From Eledone cirrhosa (Eukaryota): DNA of 64,000 bases. The stretch covers positions 76,074,001 to 76,138,000 of the forward strand of contig OZ024743.1 of NCBI GenBank assembly GCA_964016885.1, read 5' to 3'. Both the position numbers and the translations under genes were made by a program. A model generated the notes under the pieces. The model was not told the DNA's origin. It saw only the letters and a program-made list of their open reading frames with translations, and did no database searches. Every line of letters starts with the position of its first letter. The stretch's first letter is position 1. Positions 1 through 12,829 of this stretch are shown here, in pieces.

Positions 1-197
1 ATTTTGGATGGCCATTGACTCTTATGAGCTCCTTTGCCCTTTGACAGGTTTTGTTTTTAGTCCTGCAGGATGTCCAAAGTCACCCTCCTCACCAAGAAAC
101 CTTGGTGGGGTTGCCAGTTTAGTCACCAACGACCCGACCATGAGACAGGTTGTACTGGGATACATGTTACCAGTAGCACCAACTGGTGACCTGACAT
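1..197. repeat. Dispersed repeat fragment with a diverged second copy at ~63576-63745; probably the non-coding end of a LINE
   Basis: attttggatggc..tgactcttatgag..gtcctgcagg..cttggtgggg..gacccgaccatg.gacaggttgtactg aligns by eye with 63576-63745. Confidence 0.7.
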
Positions 198-399
198 AGT
201 ATATATATACATACTTACATACATACATACACATACATACATGCATACATATATACATACATATATACATACATATATACATCCATATATACATACACAC
301 ATATATACATACATATATACATACATATATACATACATATATATATGCATACATACATACATATATACATACATATATACATACGTACATTATATATCG

Positions 400-822
400 T
401 GGCTGCCAACTCGTTTTCGAGTACGGCCACTACTTTATATCCATGTAGGAGAAACCCTACCGATGCGCTGAACGAGTGTGACTTTTTAGTCCAGCCAGCG
501 ACTTGAAAACTCTGGTAGAAACACTACACTTGTGACAATTATTGACACATAGTGCTTTGCCTTTGGTACCATGTGACGACAAGTGCAGAGAGATCTCCAG
601 ATATAAAGCAATGCCTGTGCTGTGAAGCTTTTATAGTGAGCAAAGGCACTGCACAAAGCCAGTCCCACTCTCTTAACCAAGATGATATTTACCAAAAAGA
701 ATAACAAGTCAACATCATTGGATACCATCAGGGTTGCAGGTGTTATATCAGAGTTTTCCTTCTCCTAGAATTCTGCCTTATCCAAAATCACCGGAGAGAT
801 GACCCTTAGCCTTTGTCAAGCC
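400..822. repeat. Dispersed repeat fragment related to 63190-63500; possibly the 5' region of an RTE-type LINE
   Basis: Shared blocks ggctgcc, gcaatgcctgtgc.gtgaag, cccactctct, tcaacatcat and ccttctcctaga occur in both places. The family assignment is tentative. Confidence 0.55.
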
Positions 823-1324
823 TTTATATATATATATACATACATACATACATATATACATACATACGTACGTATATAGACACATACATATATACATACA
901 TATATACATACCTACATACACACATATACATACATACATACATACATACATACATACATACATACATACATACATACATACATACGCATACATACACACG
1001 TATACATACATACGTATATATACATGTATATATGTGTGTTGGTACACGTGTCTGTGTAAAGTAGACATGACTAAAATTACCAGAAGTTGAAACTTGTCTC
1101 ATATATTTCTAGATCTCTTTTCTTTATCTCTGTCTCCCTCCCTACCCTCTCTCTCTCTCTCTTTATATATATATATATATATATATGTACACACACGCAC
1201 ACACTTACACACAGAGACACACACACAAAGACACACATACATAGACACACACACGCACACACTTACACACAGAGACACATATACACATACATATACAGAT
1301 ACACACACAGACATATGTATATAT

Positions 1325-1412
<88 letters not shown>

Positions 1413-1487
1413 ATGAGTTATTTTATAAATAAAAGAAGAAAAAAGACGAGATGTCCCACACAGGTGAAAGTATACGGAAAAGAAATC

Positions 1488-1719
1488 GAAAATACAACTG
1501 GAGTCTTTGAAGAATATTTATTTATTTACTTTACCGGTTTCTATTTACTTTACCGGTTTCACAGTTCTTATGATTTTCAAAAGAAGAATTGTGATGGAGG
1601 GTTTGTAGTTTATCTCGCATCTAAACCCTCCATCTCAATTTTACTTTTGAAAATCATAAGAACTGTGAAACCGGTAAAGTAAATACATAAATAATCTTGA
1701 AAACACCAGTTGCATTTTC
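1488..1719. mobile_element. Fold-back (hairpin) Penelope-type terminus with a degenerate hammerhead at 1640-1683 (+)
   Basis: Arms ~1488-1603 and 1623-1719 are reverse complements. The right arm reads tttactt-TTGAAAA-tcataagaactgt-GAAAC-cg-GTA-aagtaaa, with a 7-bp stem I. Confidence 0.7.
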
Positions 1720-1765
1720 AATTTATTTTCCTCATACACACACACACACGCACGCACACACACAC

Positions 1766-1876
<111 letters not shown>

Positions 1877-1950
1877 ACAGAGGTATATGTAAAGGCGTAT
1901 ACGATATGTTGATGTGTAATAAACATATAAATGTCCCGCTAGGAATATGT

Positions 1951-1981
<31 letters not shown>

Positions 1982-2050
1982 TATGAAGAGAGAAGAAACA
2001 TTTAGATATAATTAGTAATAAAATGTATCATACCTAAACTGCTCCTAAAT

Positions 2051-2140
2051 TCCTCGACTACGTAGTTTCGTGGCATAAACAAAAACAATATATCATAAAG
2101 ATATAGAGTCCTTGCGAGGTCTGCCGACTTATCAAGAGGA
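2051..2140 (-). ncRNA. Degenerate type I hammerhead ribozyme with a branched stem II
   Basis: Minus strand: tcctc-TTGATAA-gtcggca...tgccac-GAAAC-tacgta-GTC-gagga. Stem I is 5 bp, stem III is palindromic, and the core differs from CTGATGA by two transitions. Confidence 0.6.
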
Positions 2141-2589
2141 TACCTCATTTTACTAGTCTCAAGAACGCGTCTACACGACGTGAGAAAGAATCCCAAAAGG
2201 CGGAGGGGGAGATAGTCACGCGATATAACGGTCGAGAAACAGAGCTAAGCCTCCTATAACCCCGAAGAAAATACCACGGAGGCGGAGGGGGTATTTATAT
2301 CGAGGCCGTAGAAGAGGTGGCGAAGAAGGCGAGAAGTATGAGTAATGGAAGCTTTCCAGCTGTCCCCACACTTCAAAGATTGCTCGACCAGAGGGAGTTA
2401 TTAACAATATATTTAGAAACACACAGATACATGCGGACACACACATATATACATGAATGCATCCGCACCCAACTGTGAGTTAAGGGTGCCAACTTCACCG
2501 ATGTTGCTCAATGAATGACTGGATATATATATATATATATATGAAATATATGAAATATAAGAATCAAAGAACTGTTCAAAACATTATTG

Positions 2590-2636
2590 TGCTTACAGCT
2601 GTTTTCTCCAAACCGAGGTTTGGATTCTTCGGAGCA
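2590..2636 (-). ncRNA. Degenerate minimal hammerhead ribozyme
   Basis: Minus strand: tgct-CCGAAGA-a-tccaaacc-tc-ggtttgga-GAAAAC-agct-GTA-agca. Confidence 0.6.
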
Positions 2637-3315
2637 ATTTATTAATGCATGGACAGTTATATGACCTCCTTTTCAGCCGAGAGACATACCGATACATATT
2701 CAAACATTGATACATATTCAAACATTGTGGGTCAACATTCATTACAGAATTTAGAGTGGCAGTACACACTTCGAGATTACATTTATATTAAGAGGTACAA
2801 TCAAAAATCAAAAATACAGGTTAAAATACAACATGAAGATAAGCGGTTATATAGTGCAAATGTTATATGTGTGGCACGCATGTGCGTCTTGTTTATATAG
2901 TGTGGCAGAGAGATATGTGTGGTAGAGGCACTTAGGTAGGTAAACAAGAGTGTTAGGTTGGTAGATCTGGTGGCAAATTCTTTATATGATTGATATAGTC
3001 TGTGTGTGGAGAAATGTTATAAACATTAAAAATAGTGCAAGCATTAAAAGTGTTAAAAGTATTGGAGATGCACAGCGAAGGGATGTCAAGTATTTCATGT
3101 ACTTCGGCATTTTCATGGTCAGGGGAGTGTATTTTTCGATTATATGCCCTTCACATAATCCACGACAATCCGATATTGAGCGTTTGACAATCCAGTTAGA
3201 GATCGTAGTCTGGTGTTCTTTAGTTCAATATATATATATATATATTAATTCAAAATATATATATATATATATTAATTCAAAATATTAACAAAATAGATAT
3301 TCTTGTGATCAATTA

Positions 3316-3382
3316 TATTTTATTATACATATTTCAGAGGTAGTAAGTTAAGTTCAACAGTACGTCCTCATCAGATAAAATA
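3316..3382 (-). ncRNA. Type I hammerhead ribozyme (TATTTTAT family, copy 1)
   Basis: Minus strand: tattttat-CTGATGA-gga...tct-GAAAT-atgt-ATA-ataaaata. Stem I is a perfect 8 bp and the core is intact. Confidence 0.75.
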
Positions 3383-3532
3383 AGATGATGTATGACATAC
3401 CCTGACATAGTAGATGGTTAAGATTCAGTCATGGTAGTGATTAACTTATGACAAAACTCAATATTTATACCCTAATATTGAGAACATGAGATAACATAAT
3501 ACAAACAATAGAGAGGGTGCGTTTAATACAGC

Positions 3533-3591
<59 letters not shown>

Positions 3592-3592
<1 letters not shown>

Positions 3593-3870
3593 TCTATGCT
3601 ACTTTCGAGCTGACTTTTGGGAGGCTCCTGTACAGCTTTGAGTTCTTCATCCTCAGTGTATACTGTCCAAGTCTCAGACCCGTACAGCAGCACAGACTCC
3701 ACTACAGCAACGAAGAGACGGATCTTCAGGTCTTTACGAAGGTCCGACTTCCACACCGATCTCTGTAGCTCGAAAGGAATCTTCGATGGTACCCTATGCA
3801 AAGAAAGCCTACTAAAAGAAGTGTAGCTTTCACGATTTCGTTGGAACCATCTCTCCAAGACTGCCTGTTT
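3592..3870 (-). mobile_element. RTE-clade LINE reverse transcriptase C-terminal fragment
   Basis: The translation VWKSDLRKDLKIRLFVAVVESVLLYGSETWT matches the KxRLF...SVLLYGxETW signature of RTE ORFs. Confidence 0.85.
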
Positions 3871-3963
3871 CCCCCCCCCCCGTTATCTTTCTCCTGTGCG
3901 GCCCTCTTTTTTGAATATATATTCGAAAGACTTAGCCACGCGTGCTTTATTTGAAACTATGTA

Positions 3964-4017
<54 letters not shown>

Positions 4018-4022
<5 letters not shown>

Positions 4023-4409
4023 AGAAAAAAGAGAATCAGTGTTGCGACGAAAGGAATTTATTGGACATATTACAATTGTTTCTCGGGCGACCAGTTCGAG
4101 GTACGATTGATGTGGTGATCAAACCTGACTCTAAAATCGCGCGGTCCTCGGATACGTCTCGATTCTATGAAGCAGATTTTCCTAACGATTGATGTGGTGA
4201 TCAAACCTGACTCTAAAATCAGGTCAGGTTTGATCACCACATCAATCGTACCTCGAGCTGGTCGTCCGAGAAACAATTGTAATATGTCCAATAAATTCCT
4301 TTCGTCGTAACATTGATTCTCTTTTTTCTGTGATATCATACTCTGCTCTATGAGGGCATCGAGTGCTCATACGGCCTACCGCATGCGGACGCTTTAAGCA
4401 TCCAACACC

Positions 4410-4410
<1 letters not shown>
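4018..4410 (+). mobile_element. Fold-back Penelope-type terminus plus tail (related to 62143-62445)
   Basis: 4018-4130 is inverted at 4223-4335. It contains the hammerhead 3' half GAAAC-aatt-GTA, and a tail beginning actctgctct...gcatcgagtg. It is flanked by (TA)n. Confidence 0.75.
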
Positions 4411-4507
<97 letters not shown>

Positions 4508-4509
4508 CA

Positions 4510-4950
4510 GGATGGATTCAGTTTGAAACTGGTTAGACCATTACTCAACAGAATACTTGATACTTGGGGTAATAGAGTATGGCTATATTATAAAGAGTTG
4601 GGATCCCCGACGGCTGAGCTCTTGCTGTTTCAACAGCCAGTTCCAGACTGCAACAAGCTGTTGAAACGGAAAGGTTTGGCGAGAGCTTTTCCATCATGCC
4701 AAGCTCTCATCAAATGCTTCAAGATCCCCATGACGACGAAGGTGATATATATAGAGAAATACTGTACTTCAATAGATATTATAAAAGGTGGACGCATGTG
4801 GCGCAATCGGCATGCTCAGTGGCTCTACTCCAACATTAATCTACGGTTGTTGATTAATGGCAACCACTGGGAAAATTTTGACTTTGATGTATCAGGGAAA
4901 TTGGGGATTGTATTTGAGGTACTCTGAATTACCCTATGAGATTGACCCTT
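4510..4950 (-). pseudogene. Possible highly decayed LINE reverse transcriptase fragment
   Basis: Minus strand gatcttgaagcatttgatgagagcttggcatgatgga resembles a frameshifted D..KAFDRVWHDG motif. There is little other support. Confidence 0.35.
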
Positions 4951-5134
4951 CATTCTGGTGCGGGGTACTTTTTTATTGTTATTTTGTTGTTTTCTAATGT
5001 TATTGGTTTGTTTTTGTTATATATTTATTTTATTTACTGCTTTTGTTCGTCTCACCTGTTTTCTCGTCCTAACTCCAACAATGTTTCTTTGTTGTTTCCC
5101 TATATATTTAGTCCTTGTCTTCTATCCCCAAAGT

Positions 5135-5228
5135 CATGAGCCCTTGTGGCTATTAAATGTCCGTGTCTTTGTATTGTCCCCTACATGTCGGCCCTTGGGG
5201 CCAATAAATGAATTCATTATTATTATTA
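5135..5228 (+). mobile_element. 3' end of a Tx1-like LINE with a (TTA)n tail
   Basis: tctttgtattgtcccctacatgtcggcccttg.ggccaataa.tgaa.tcattattatt is near-identical to 34743-34817 and related to the 3' UTR of the 13.8-kb Tx1 copy. Confidence 0.75.
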
Positions 5229-5245
5229 AAACATGTTGATATATA

Positions 5246-5345
<100 letters not shown>

Positions 5346-5529
5346 ACACATCATGCTTGCACGCACACTCACAACTTCATATCTTTCTCTCTCTCTCTCT
5401 ATCTATCTCTTTCTCTCTCTCTCTATATATATATAGTGTGTGTATGTATGTGAACATACGCGTGTGTGACTATGTAACTATCACTCTCTATGAATATATA
5501 TATACATATATATACGTGTATATATATAT

Positions 5530-5584
<55 letters not shown>

Positions 5585-5627
5585 CACACACATATATATA
5601 TGTGTGTGTGTATATATATATATATAT

Positions 5628-5671
<44 letters not shown>

Positions 5672-5784
5672 ATATATACATATGTGTATTTGTTGGTGTG
5701 GGTGTATATTTCTATTTTTTTATAGGGATATCAACTACTTACAGAAGATATAAAAACAACAGGATATCTACGATTGCGTGTCTG

Positions 5785-6102
5785 TGTATGTGAGTGTGTA
5801 CATGTATGTGTGTGTGTGTATGTTTATGTGTGTGAGTGTGTACATGTATGTGTGTGAGTGTGTACATGTATGTGTGTGAGTGTGTACATGTATGTGTGTG
5901 AGTGTGTACATGTATGTGTGTAAGTGTGTACATGTATGTGTGTGAGTGTGTACATGTATGTGTGTAAGTGTGTACATATATGTGTGTGTGTGTGTAAGTT
6001 TATGTGTGTGAGTGTGTACATGTATGTGTGTGTATGTTTATGTGTGTGAGTGTGTACATGTATGTGTGTGAGTGTGTAATTGTATGTGTGAGTGTGTACA
6101 TG

Positions 6103-6133
<31 letters not shown>

Positions 6134-7050
6134 ATGTTTATGTGTATGTGTGTGAGTGTGTACATGTATGTGTGTGAGTGTGTACATGTATGTGTGTGAG
6201 TGCGTACATGTATGTGTGTGAGTGTGTAAGTTTATGTGTGTGAGTGTCTACATGTATGTGTGTGTGTATGTTTATGTGTGTGAGTGTGTACATGTATGTG
6301 TGTGAGTGTGTAATTGTATGTGTGAGTGTGTACATGTATGTGTGTGAGTGTACACGTGTATGTGTGTGAGTGTACACATGTATGTGTGTGAGTGCACACA
6401 TGTATGTGTGTGTGTGTGTATGTTTATGTGTGTGTATACATGTATGTTGTGGGTGTGTGTACATGTATGTTGTGGGTGTGTGTACATGTGTGTGTGTGTG
6501 TACATGTGAGTGTGTATGTTTATGTGTGTGAGTGTGTATGTTTATGTGTGTGAGTGTGTGTGAGTGTACACATGTATGTGAGTGAGTGTCTACATGTATG
6601 TGTGTGTGTGTATGTTTATGTGTGTGTGTGTGTACATGTATGTGTGTGAGTGCACACATGTATGTGTGTAAGTGTGTACATGTATGTGTGTGAGTGTGTA
6701 CATGTATGTGTGTGAGTGTGTACATGTATGTGTGAGTGTGTACATGTATGTGAGAGAGTGTGTACATGTATGTGTGTGAGTGTACACGTGTATGTGTGTG
6801 AGTGTACACATGTATGTGTGTGAGTTCACACATGTATGTGTGTGTGTGTATGTTTATGTGTGTGTATACATGTATGTTGTGGGTGTGTGAACATGTATAT
6901 GTGGGTGTGTGTACATGTGTGTGTGTGAGTGTGTATGTTTATGTGTGTGTGTGTGTACATGTATGTGTGTGAGTGCACACATGTATGTGTGTAAGTGTGT
7001 ACATGTATGTGTGTGAGTCTGTATGTTTATGTGTGTGTGTGTTTGTGTTT
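5785..7050. repeat. GT-rich minisatellite, ~22-bp unit gagtgtgtacatgtatgtgtgt with variants
   Basis: Tandem repetition is directly visible. Confidence 0.9.
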
Positions 7051-8040
7051 GTGTGTGTAGGAGAGAATATTTACTTGTATTTTAATTACTCTCCTCCTCT
7101 TTCCCTCTCCCTATTTCTCTCTCTCTTCCTCCCTCTCTCTTTCTCCCCTTCTCTCTCCCTCTATGTCCCTCACCTCCTCTCTTTCTCTCCGTCTCTCTTT
7201 CTTTGTTTCTTTCTCCCTCTGTCTACATAACTCTCTCTCTGTCTCTCTCTCTCTGTCTCCCTCACTCTCTCTCCTTCTCCCTCCCTCTCTCTCTCACTCT
7301 GTCTCCCTCACCCTCTCTCCCTCTCCCTCTCCGTTTGTTCCTCTCTCTCTCTGTCTCCCTCACTCTCTCCCTCGTCCCCACCCCTCTCTCTGGACCCCCC
7401 TCCCACAACAGACCCCCCCAAACCCTTAACTTCCTTCATCCTAAGCGGAAGACGTTAAACCCTATTTAGTTATCTGTTCAATTTGTCGTTTTACCTGACT
7501 GATTATTTTGTCTACCTTTAATAGTCCCTGCCTGATTTCCCCCCGTTTGACTGCTAGTAGTGTCCTCGCTATCCCTCTCACTCCTCCACCCACCAACGGC
7601 CATATTTCCAACGCCCTCTACATGTACAGTAATAAAATAAATATCATTTATTCGATTTTATTTCTACAATAAATCTTTTGTGGGCGTCTATGATGAATAA
7701 AGATAGGAATTTTCGTCAACGATTTATTAATAGTAATATGAAGTCGGATGCTTTGCAGCTCGACACCTGGAGAATCAAGTCCCCGGTGGCCAGTGTATAA
7801 TAATGGTGTAAGGAACGGATTAAGATTCTGGGATCTGGTTCGGACCAGACCTGCAGAAGAATAAAAACTGAAACAAGGTTAGGAGAAGGGTGTTCAGTTA
7901 GAGCGAGAAGTTATAATTTACTCGTTAACCGTATTGACTTGTTCCAGTTCGTATTTGGTGAAACTGGAGTGCTGGCGATTCCGTGGAATGGACGAGTTTC
8001 CTCTGCTCATATGGTCCATCTGTTCCCAAGATCTTCAGTG

Positions 8041-8283
8041 AAGGCGCATGGCTTAGTGGTTAGAGCATTGGGCTTGCAATCGAGGTTGTGAGTTCAATTC
8101 TCGGACCATGTAATGTGTTGTTTCCTTGAGCAAGACACTTTATTTCACGTTGCTCCAGTTTACTCAGCTGTAGAAATGAGATGATAGGACTGGGGTCCCT
8201 ATCATTAAATCATCCAAGACACCTCCAACGAGATATACATTGGAGGAGGTCAGCTAAACCTGCATAGGTGTGAGCTGTAACAA
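8041..8283 (+). mobile_element. tRNA-derived SINE (family A) with a 14-bp target-site duplication
   Basis: A box tggcttagtgg, B box gagttcaattc and core ccttgagcaagacacttt. The sequence caagatcttcagtg is repeated at 8027-8040 and 8284-8297. Confidence 0.9.
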
Positions 8284-8599
8284 CAAGATCTTCAGTGCAG
8301 TATTCTCCATATGTCAATATTGAGAATGCACAGACATACGATTAGGGTGCAACATCTTCACCACAGGTTCCTCGGTGGTGAGTAAACGTGTTGGACATAT
8401 GTCAGACACGCGACCCGACTGTTGGTCCCCTCTGACCTCCATTAAATCCGGCCCTCAATATGCCTCGGAGGTGAAGAATATGGATGATTCTAACATTATT
8501 TTCAGAGCAACATAGTTTACAATTCCAAGGTGAGGTTACCGAACCTTCAGACTATGATGATAATAAACATTACTATATAATTATAATTGTAGTCTGTTG

Positions 8600-8668
<69 letters not shown>

Positions 8669-8737
8669 ATATTTATTTAGGTTTGCTGGTTCACCACTGG
8701 ATAGAACTGGTCATTCCGTATGGTCAACCTCGATGTA

Positions 8738-8867
8738 ATATTATATTTCTTTGTTATATTTCGAATACCTGATGATGTCACCGGAGTCATACTGAAACCG
8801 GTCATTGAAATGATCATAGTATAATAAACCGTTTAAGGAATTACACCAGTCCAGCCTCCTGTTATTT

Positions 8868-8870
<3 letters not shown>
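8738..8870 (+). mobile_element. Penelope-type terminus with a hammerhead core; second copy at ~62483-62615 (-)
   Basis: CTGATGA-tgtcaccggagtcatact-GAAAC-cg-GTC-attgaaa followed by a tail ending in (TA)n. The stems are imperfect. Confidence 0.6.
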
Positions 8871-8903
<33 letters not shown>

Positions 8904-8908
<5 letters not shown>

Positions 8909-9495
8909 AATTAGTATATCTACTAACATATATATACAGATGCATACCTATGCCAGCAAATATATAGGTTTTGTCTTAGTAACTTTGTGGTTCAATGCAT
9001 GGGGATGCAGAACAATAATATGAAAGACGTAAAATAAGAAAATTATAAAAATTAACTTACTTACTAAAATTTCACTCCAACTAATTAGTTTCTGAAAGGG
9101 AATAAACATAGTTTCCGAAGAAACGTACTAAAGGCTTCTCCGTACGTTTCTTTGGAAACTATGTTTATTCCCTTTCAGAAACTAATTAGTTGGAGTAAAA
9201 TTTTAGTAAGTAAGTTAATTTTTATAATTTTCTTATTTTACGTCTTTCATATATATATATATATAGAATTAGTATATCTACCAACATATGCGTACAGATG
9301 TACACTAATGCTAGAAAATACATAAGTTATGTCATAGTACCTAGGTGGTTCAATGCAGGAGGATGCAGAACAATTATATGAAAGACGTAAAATAAGAAAA
9401 TTAAAAAAAAAATTAAAAATTAACTTACTAAAATTTTAGTAAGTAAGTTAATTTTTAATTTTTTTTTTTATTTTCTTATTTTACGTCTTTCATAT
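8904..9495 (-). mobile_element. Two tandem tail+hairpin elements; a third copy lies at 24797-25013
   Basis: Arms are 9018-9128/9141-9253, with a shorter hairpin at ~9376-9494. Both share a ~110-bp tail. The long arm contains GAAAC-taatta-GTT. Confidence 0.8.
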
Positions 9496-9513
9496 ATATA
9501 TATATATATATAT

Positions 9514-9700
9514 ACAGTAATCCCCCGTTTATCGTGGGGGATACGTTCCAGGACCAACCGCGATGAATGAAAATCCGCGATATAGAGAGACACTAAAGAC
9601 AACCGTAGTTTTCATAGTTTAAGCCTTAAAATACCTCTCCTACATGCTTTAAGTACATATAAACTCATTAAAACACGCTTTTGTATTTAAACAAAAAATC
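9514..9700. mobile_element. One end of a pogo/Tigger-like (Tc1/mariner) DNA transposon or MITE
   Basis: TA followed by cagtaatcccccgtttatcg.ggggg.atacgttccaggacc..ccgcga, a typical Tigger-like TIR. The other end was not found. Confidence 0.6.
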
Positions 9701-9769
9701 AGTCAGTAACGATCGTATAGAAACTACCAGCAACGTTTGTACTTCTAGTTATCAATGACGATCATTACC

Positions 9770-10245
9770 AGCCACGCATCGGGGTAGCCCAACGCGTTGG
9801 CCTCCACGTGTGTGAGCCACGTAGATGCCGCTGCGGGGCGGTTGTTGACAAGTTCGGCCTGCACCCTCTGTCTTGCCGCCAGAGCGCAGGACGGTTCCTC
9901 CGACATGCCACTCTCAACGAAATATTGAGAAAGAGGCTAGACGCAGCTGGCTTTCCATCTCAACTGGAACCAGCAGGCTTAGACCGCGGAGATGGCAAGC
10001 GCCCCGACGGAATCACCCTGTTCCCATTCGAAAGAGGTAGATCCCTCATCTGGGACGCCACCTGCTGTGACACGTTCTTCGCCTCCAACTTAGTCGCTTC
10101 GGCCACAAACCCCGGTATTGCAGAAGAACGTAAGGTAAACAAATACTGGGGTTTATCCGGCCTCTTCCTCTTCGCAGCGGTCACCGTCGAGACCTCAGGC
10201 GTACTTGAACCCCGTACTTCCGAGCTCCTCCGCAAAACCGGAGCC
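9770..10245 (+). mobile_element. CRE-clade non-LTR retrotransposon C-terminal fragment (zinc motif + restriction-like endonuclease)
   Basis: CRCG..DKFGLHPLSC..RH..LNEI..LEPAGLDRGDGKRPDGITLFPFERGRSLIWDATCCDT gives the Cys/His zinc motif, RH and PD..D motifs. The ORF tail after ~10250 is unrelated low-complexity sequence. Confidence 0.8.
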
Positions 10246-11095
10246 CCGCGAGGTTGGTTGGCTGTTGCAGCGGGTGTCACTGGCCATCGTCTGGGGGGAT
10301 GTTTTTGCCGTCTTGACCATGGGGCGCAGCACTTCTGCCCCCTTGCCCTAGGCCCAAAACCCAATCACCCTGCCCTTCACCCCTCCCCTCTCTTCTGTGA
10401 CACCAAAGCTATTGCCTTCCCCCCCCACTTCCCGTTCATTTTCTTCTTTCTTTCTCTCCTTTTTCTTCTGTATTCCCCTTTTCTTTCTTTCCCTTTGTTT
10501 CCCTTCTTTTTTATTATTCCTAATAACACTGTATTTTTGTATTTTTATTTTCAAAAACATTTTTTAAGGTTTATCTTTTCACTAGTAAAGATTCTATTTA
10601 TAAACTCTAATAAATAAAATCTATGAAAGGTTTGTAGTAGATTAGAGAAAAATACAATCAGTAAAACAGTAATGGAAAATAAAAACATTTCTTAATAGTT
10701 AAGGCCTTAAGATGTCCCTTCCTTAAGATATACACTTCAATTACATCGAAACTTATTTAATAAGTTTACATTTTAAACACTTTTTATTCAGAGGTACGTA
10801 GCGCGATAATTGGTGATGATGGTGGTGGTGGTGGTGGTGATGGTGGTGGTGATGGAGATGGTGGTGGTGGTGTCATAATCTTTGCTACTAAAATAGGGAG
10901 CCGCCGTGTTGTTGTTGATGTTGTTGTTGTCACTGTTGTTGTTATTGTGACAGTGATGGTAATGATGTAACTGTTGTTATTGTTACTGTTGTTGTTGTTG
11001 TGACAGTGATGACAATGGTGGTAATATTGTTGTTATTGTTACTGTTGAAATTGTGGCAGTGCTGGTAATGGTGGTAATATTGTTGTTGTTGTGTT

Positions 11096-12469
11096 CAACT
11101 ACTAATAGCTTATAACCAGCCACCAACTACTAATAGCTTATAACCAGCCACCAACTACTAATAGCTTATAACCAACCACCAACTACTAATAGCTTATAAC
11201 CAGCCACCAACTACTAATAGCTTATAACCAGCCACCAACTACTAATAGCTTATAACCAACCACCAACTACTAATAGCTTATAACCAACCACCAACTACTA
11301 ATAGCTTATAACCAGCCACCAACTACTAATAGCTTATAACCAACCACCAACTACTAATAGCTTATAACCAACCCCCAACTACTAATAGCTTATAACCAGC
11401 CACCAACTACTAATAGCTTATAACCAACCACCAACTACTAATAGCTTATAACCAACCCCCAACTACTAATAGCTTATAACCAGCCACCAACTACTAATAG
11501 CTTATAACCAACCACCAACTACTAATAGCTTATAACCAACCACCAACTACTAATAGCTTATAAACAACCACCAACTACTAATAGCTTATAACCAGCCACC
11601 AACTACTAATAGCTTATAACCAGCCACCAACTACTAATAGCTTATAACCAACCACCAACTACTAATAGCTTATAACCAGCCACCAACTACTAATAGCTTA
11701 TAACCAACCACCAACTACTAATAGCTTATAACCAACCACCAACTACTAATAGCTTATAAACAACCACCAACTACTAATAGCTTATAACCAGCCACCAACT
11801 ACTAATAGCTTATAACCAGCCACCAACTACTAATAGCTTATAACCAACCACCAACTACTAATAGCTTATAACCAGCCACCAACTACTAATAGCTTATAAC
11901 CAACCACCAACTACTAATAGCTTATAACCAACCACCAACTACTAATAGCTTATAAACAACCACCAACTACTAATAGCTTATAACCAACCACCAACTACTA
12001 ATAGCTTATAAACAACCACCAACTACTAATAGCTTATAACCAACCACCAACTACTAATAGCTTATAACCAACCACCAACTACTAATAGCTTATAACCAAC
12101 CACCAACTACTAATAGCTTATAACCAGCCACCAACTACTAATAGCTTATAACCAACCACCAACTACTAATAGCTTATAACCAGCCACCAACTACTAATAG
12201 CTTATAACCAACCACCAACTACTAATAGCTTATAACCAGCCACCAACTACTAATAGCTTATAACCAGCCACCAACTACTAATAGCTTATAACCAGCCACC
12301 AACTACTAATAGCTTATAACCAACAACCAACTACCAATAACTTATAACCAACCCTCAACTACTTATAGCTTATAACCAACCACCAACTACTAATAGCTTA
12401 TAACCAACCACCAACTACTAATAGCTTATAACCAACCACCAACTACTAATAGCTTATAACCAACCACCA
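11096..12469. repeat. Homogeneous 28-bp minisatellite (caactactaatagcttataacca[a/g]ccac), ~49 copies
   Basis: Contiguous tandem units with no spacers. Confidence 0.97.
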
Positions 12470-12650
12470 AGGGTATAAAGTACTAAGCCATCTCGGAAAC
12501 ATCAAATCGGTTTCAACTAAAGCCATGTTAGACATAGTAGATGTATGTTACGGTATGTATGGTGGTTATAGTACATAACTCACAGTCTCCTGGTCTATAG
12601 GGTTACATGTATGGATATATATATATTTATATCAACAGAAATATATACAG

Positions 12651-12751
<101 letters not shown>

Positions 12752-12829
12752 TGTATATTTAGAGACAGAGAGAGAGATATAGAAAGAGAGAGGGGCGAGA
12801 AATAAAGAGGCGCCTAGAAAGGGAGGGAG

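Noticed and set aside
4523-4927. 134-aa plus-strand ORF as a host gene
   Set aside because: Non-ATG start and no recognisable domain. The opposite strand shows traces of a decayed RT.
8041-8110. tRNA genes at A/B-box sequences (also 29068, 30250, 46682, 47210)
   Set aside because: No complete cloverleaf. Each runs into a SINE core, and one has a 14-bp TSD.
11096-12469. 28-bp repeat array as a CRISPR array
   Set aside because: The units are contiguous with no unique spacers, there are no cas genes, and the context is eukaryotic.
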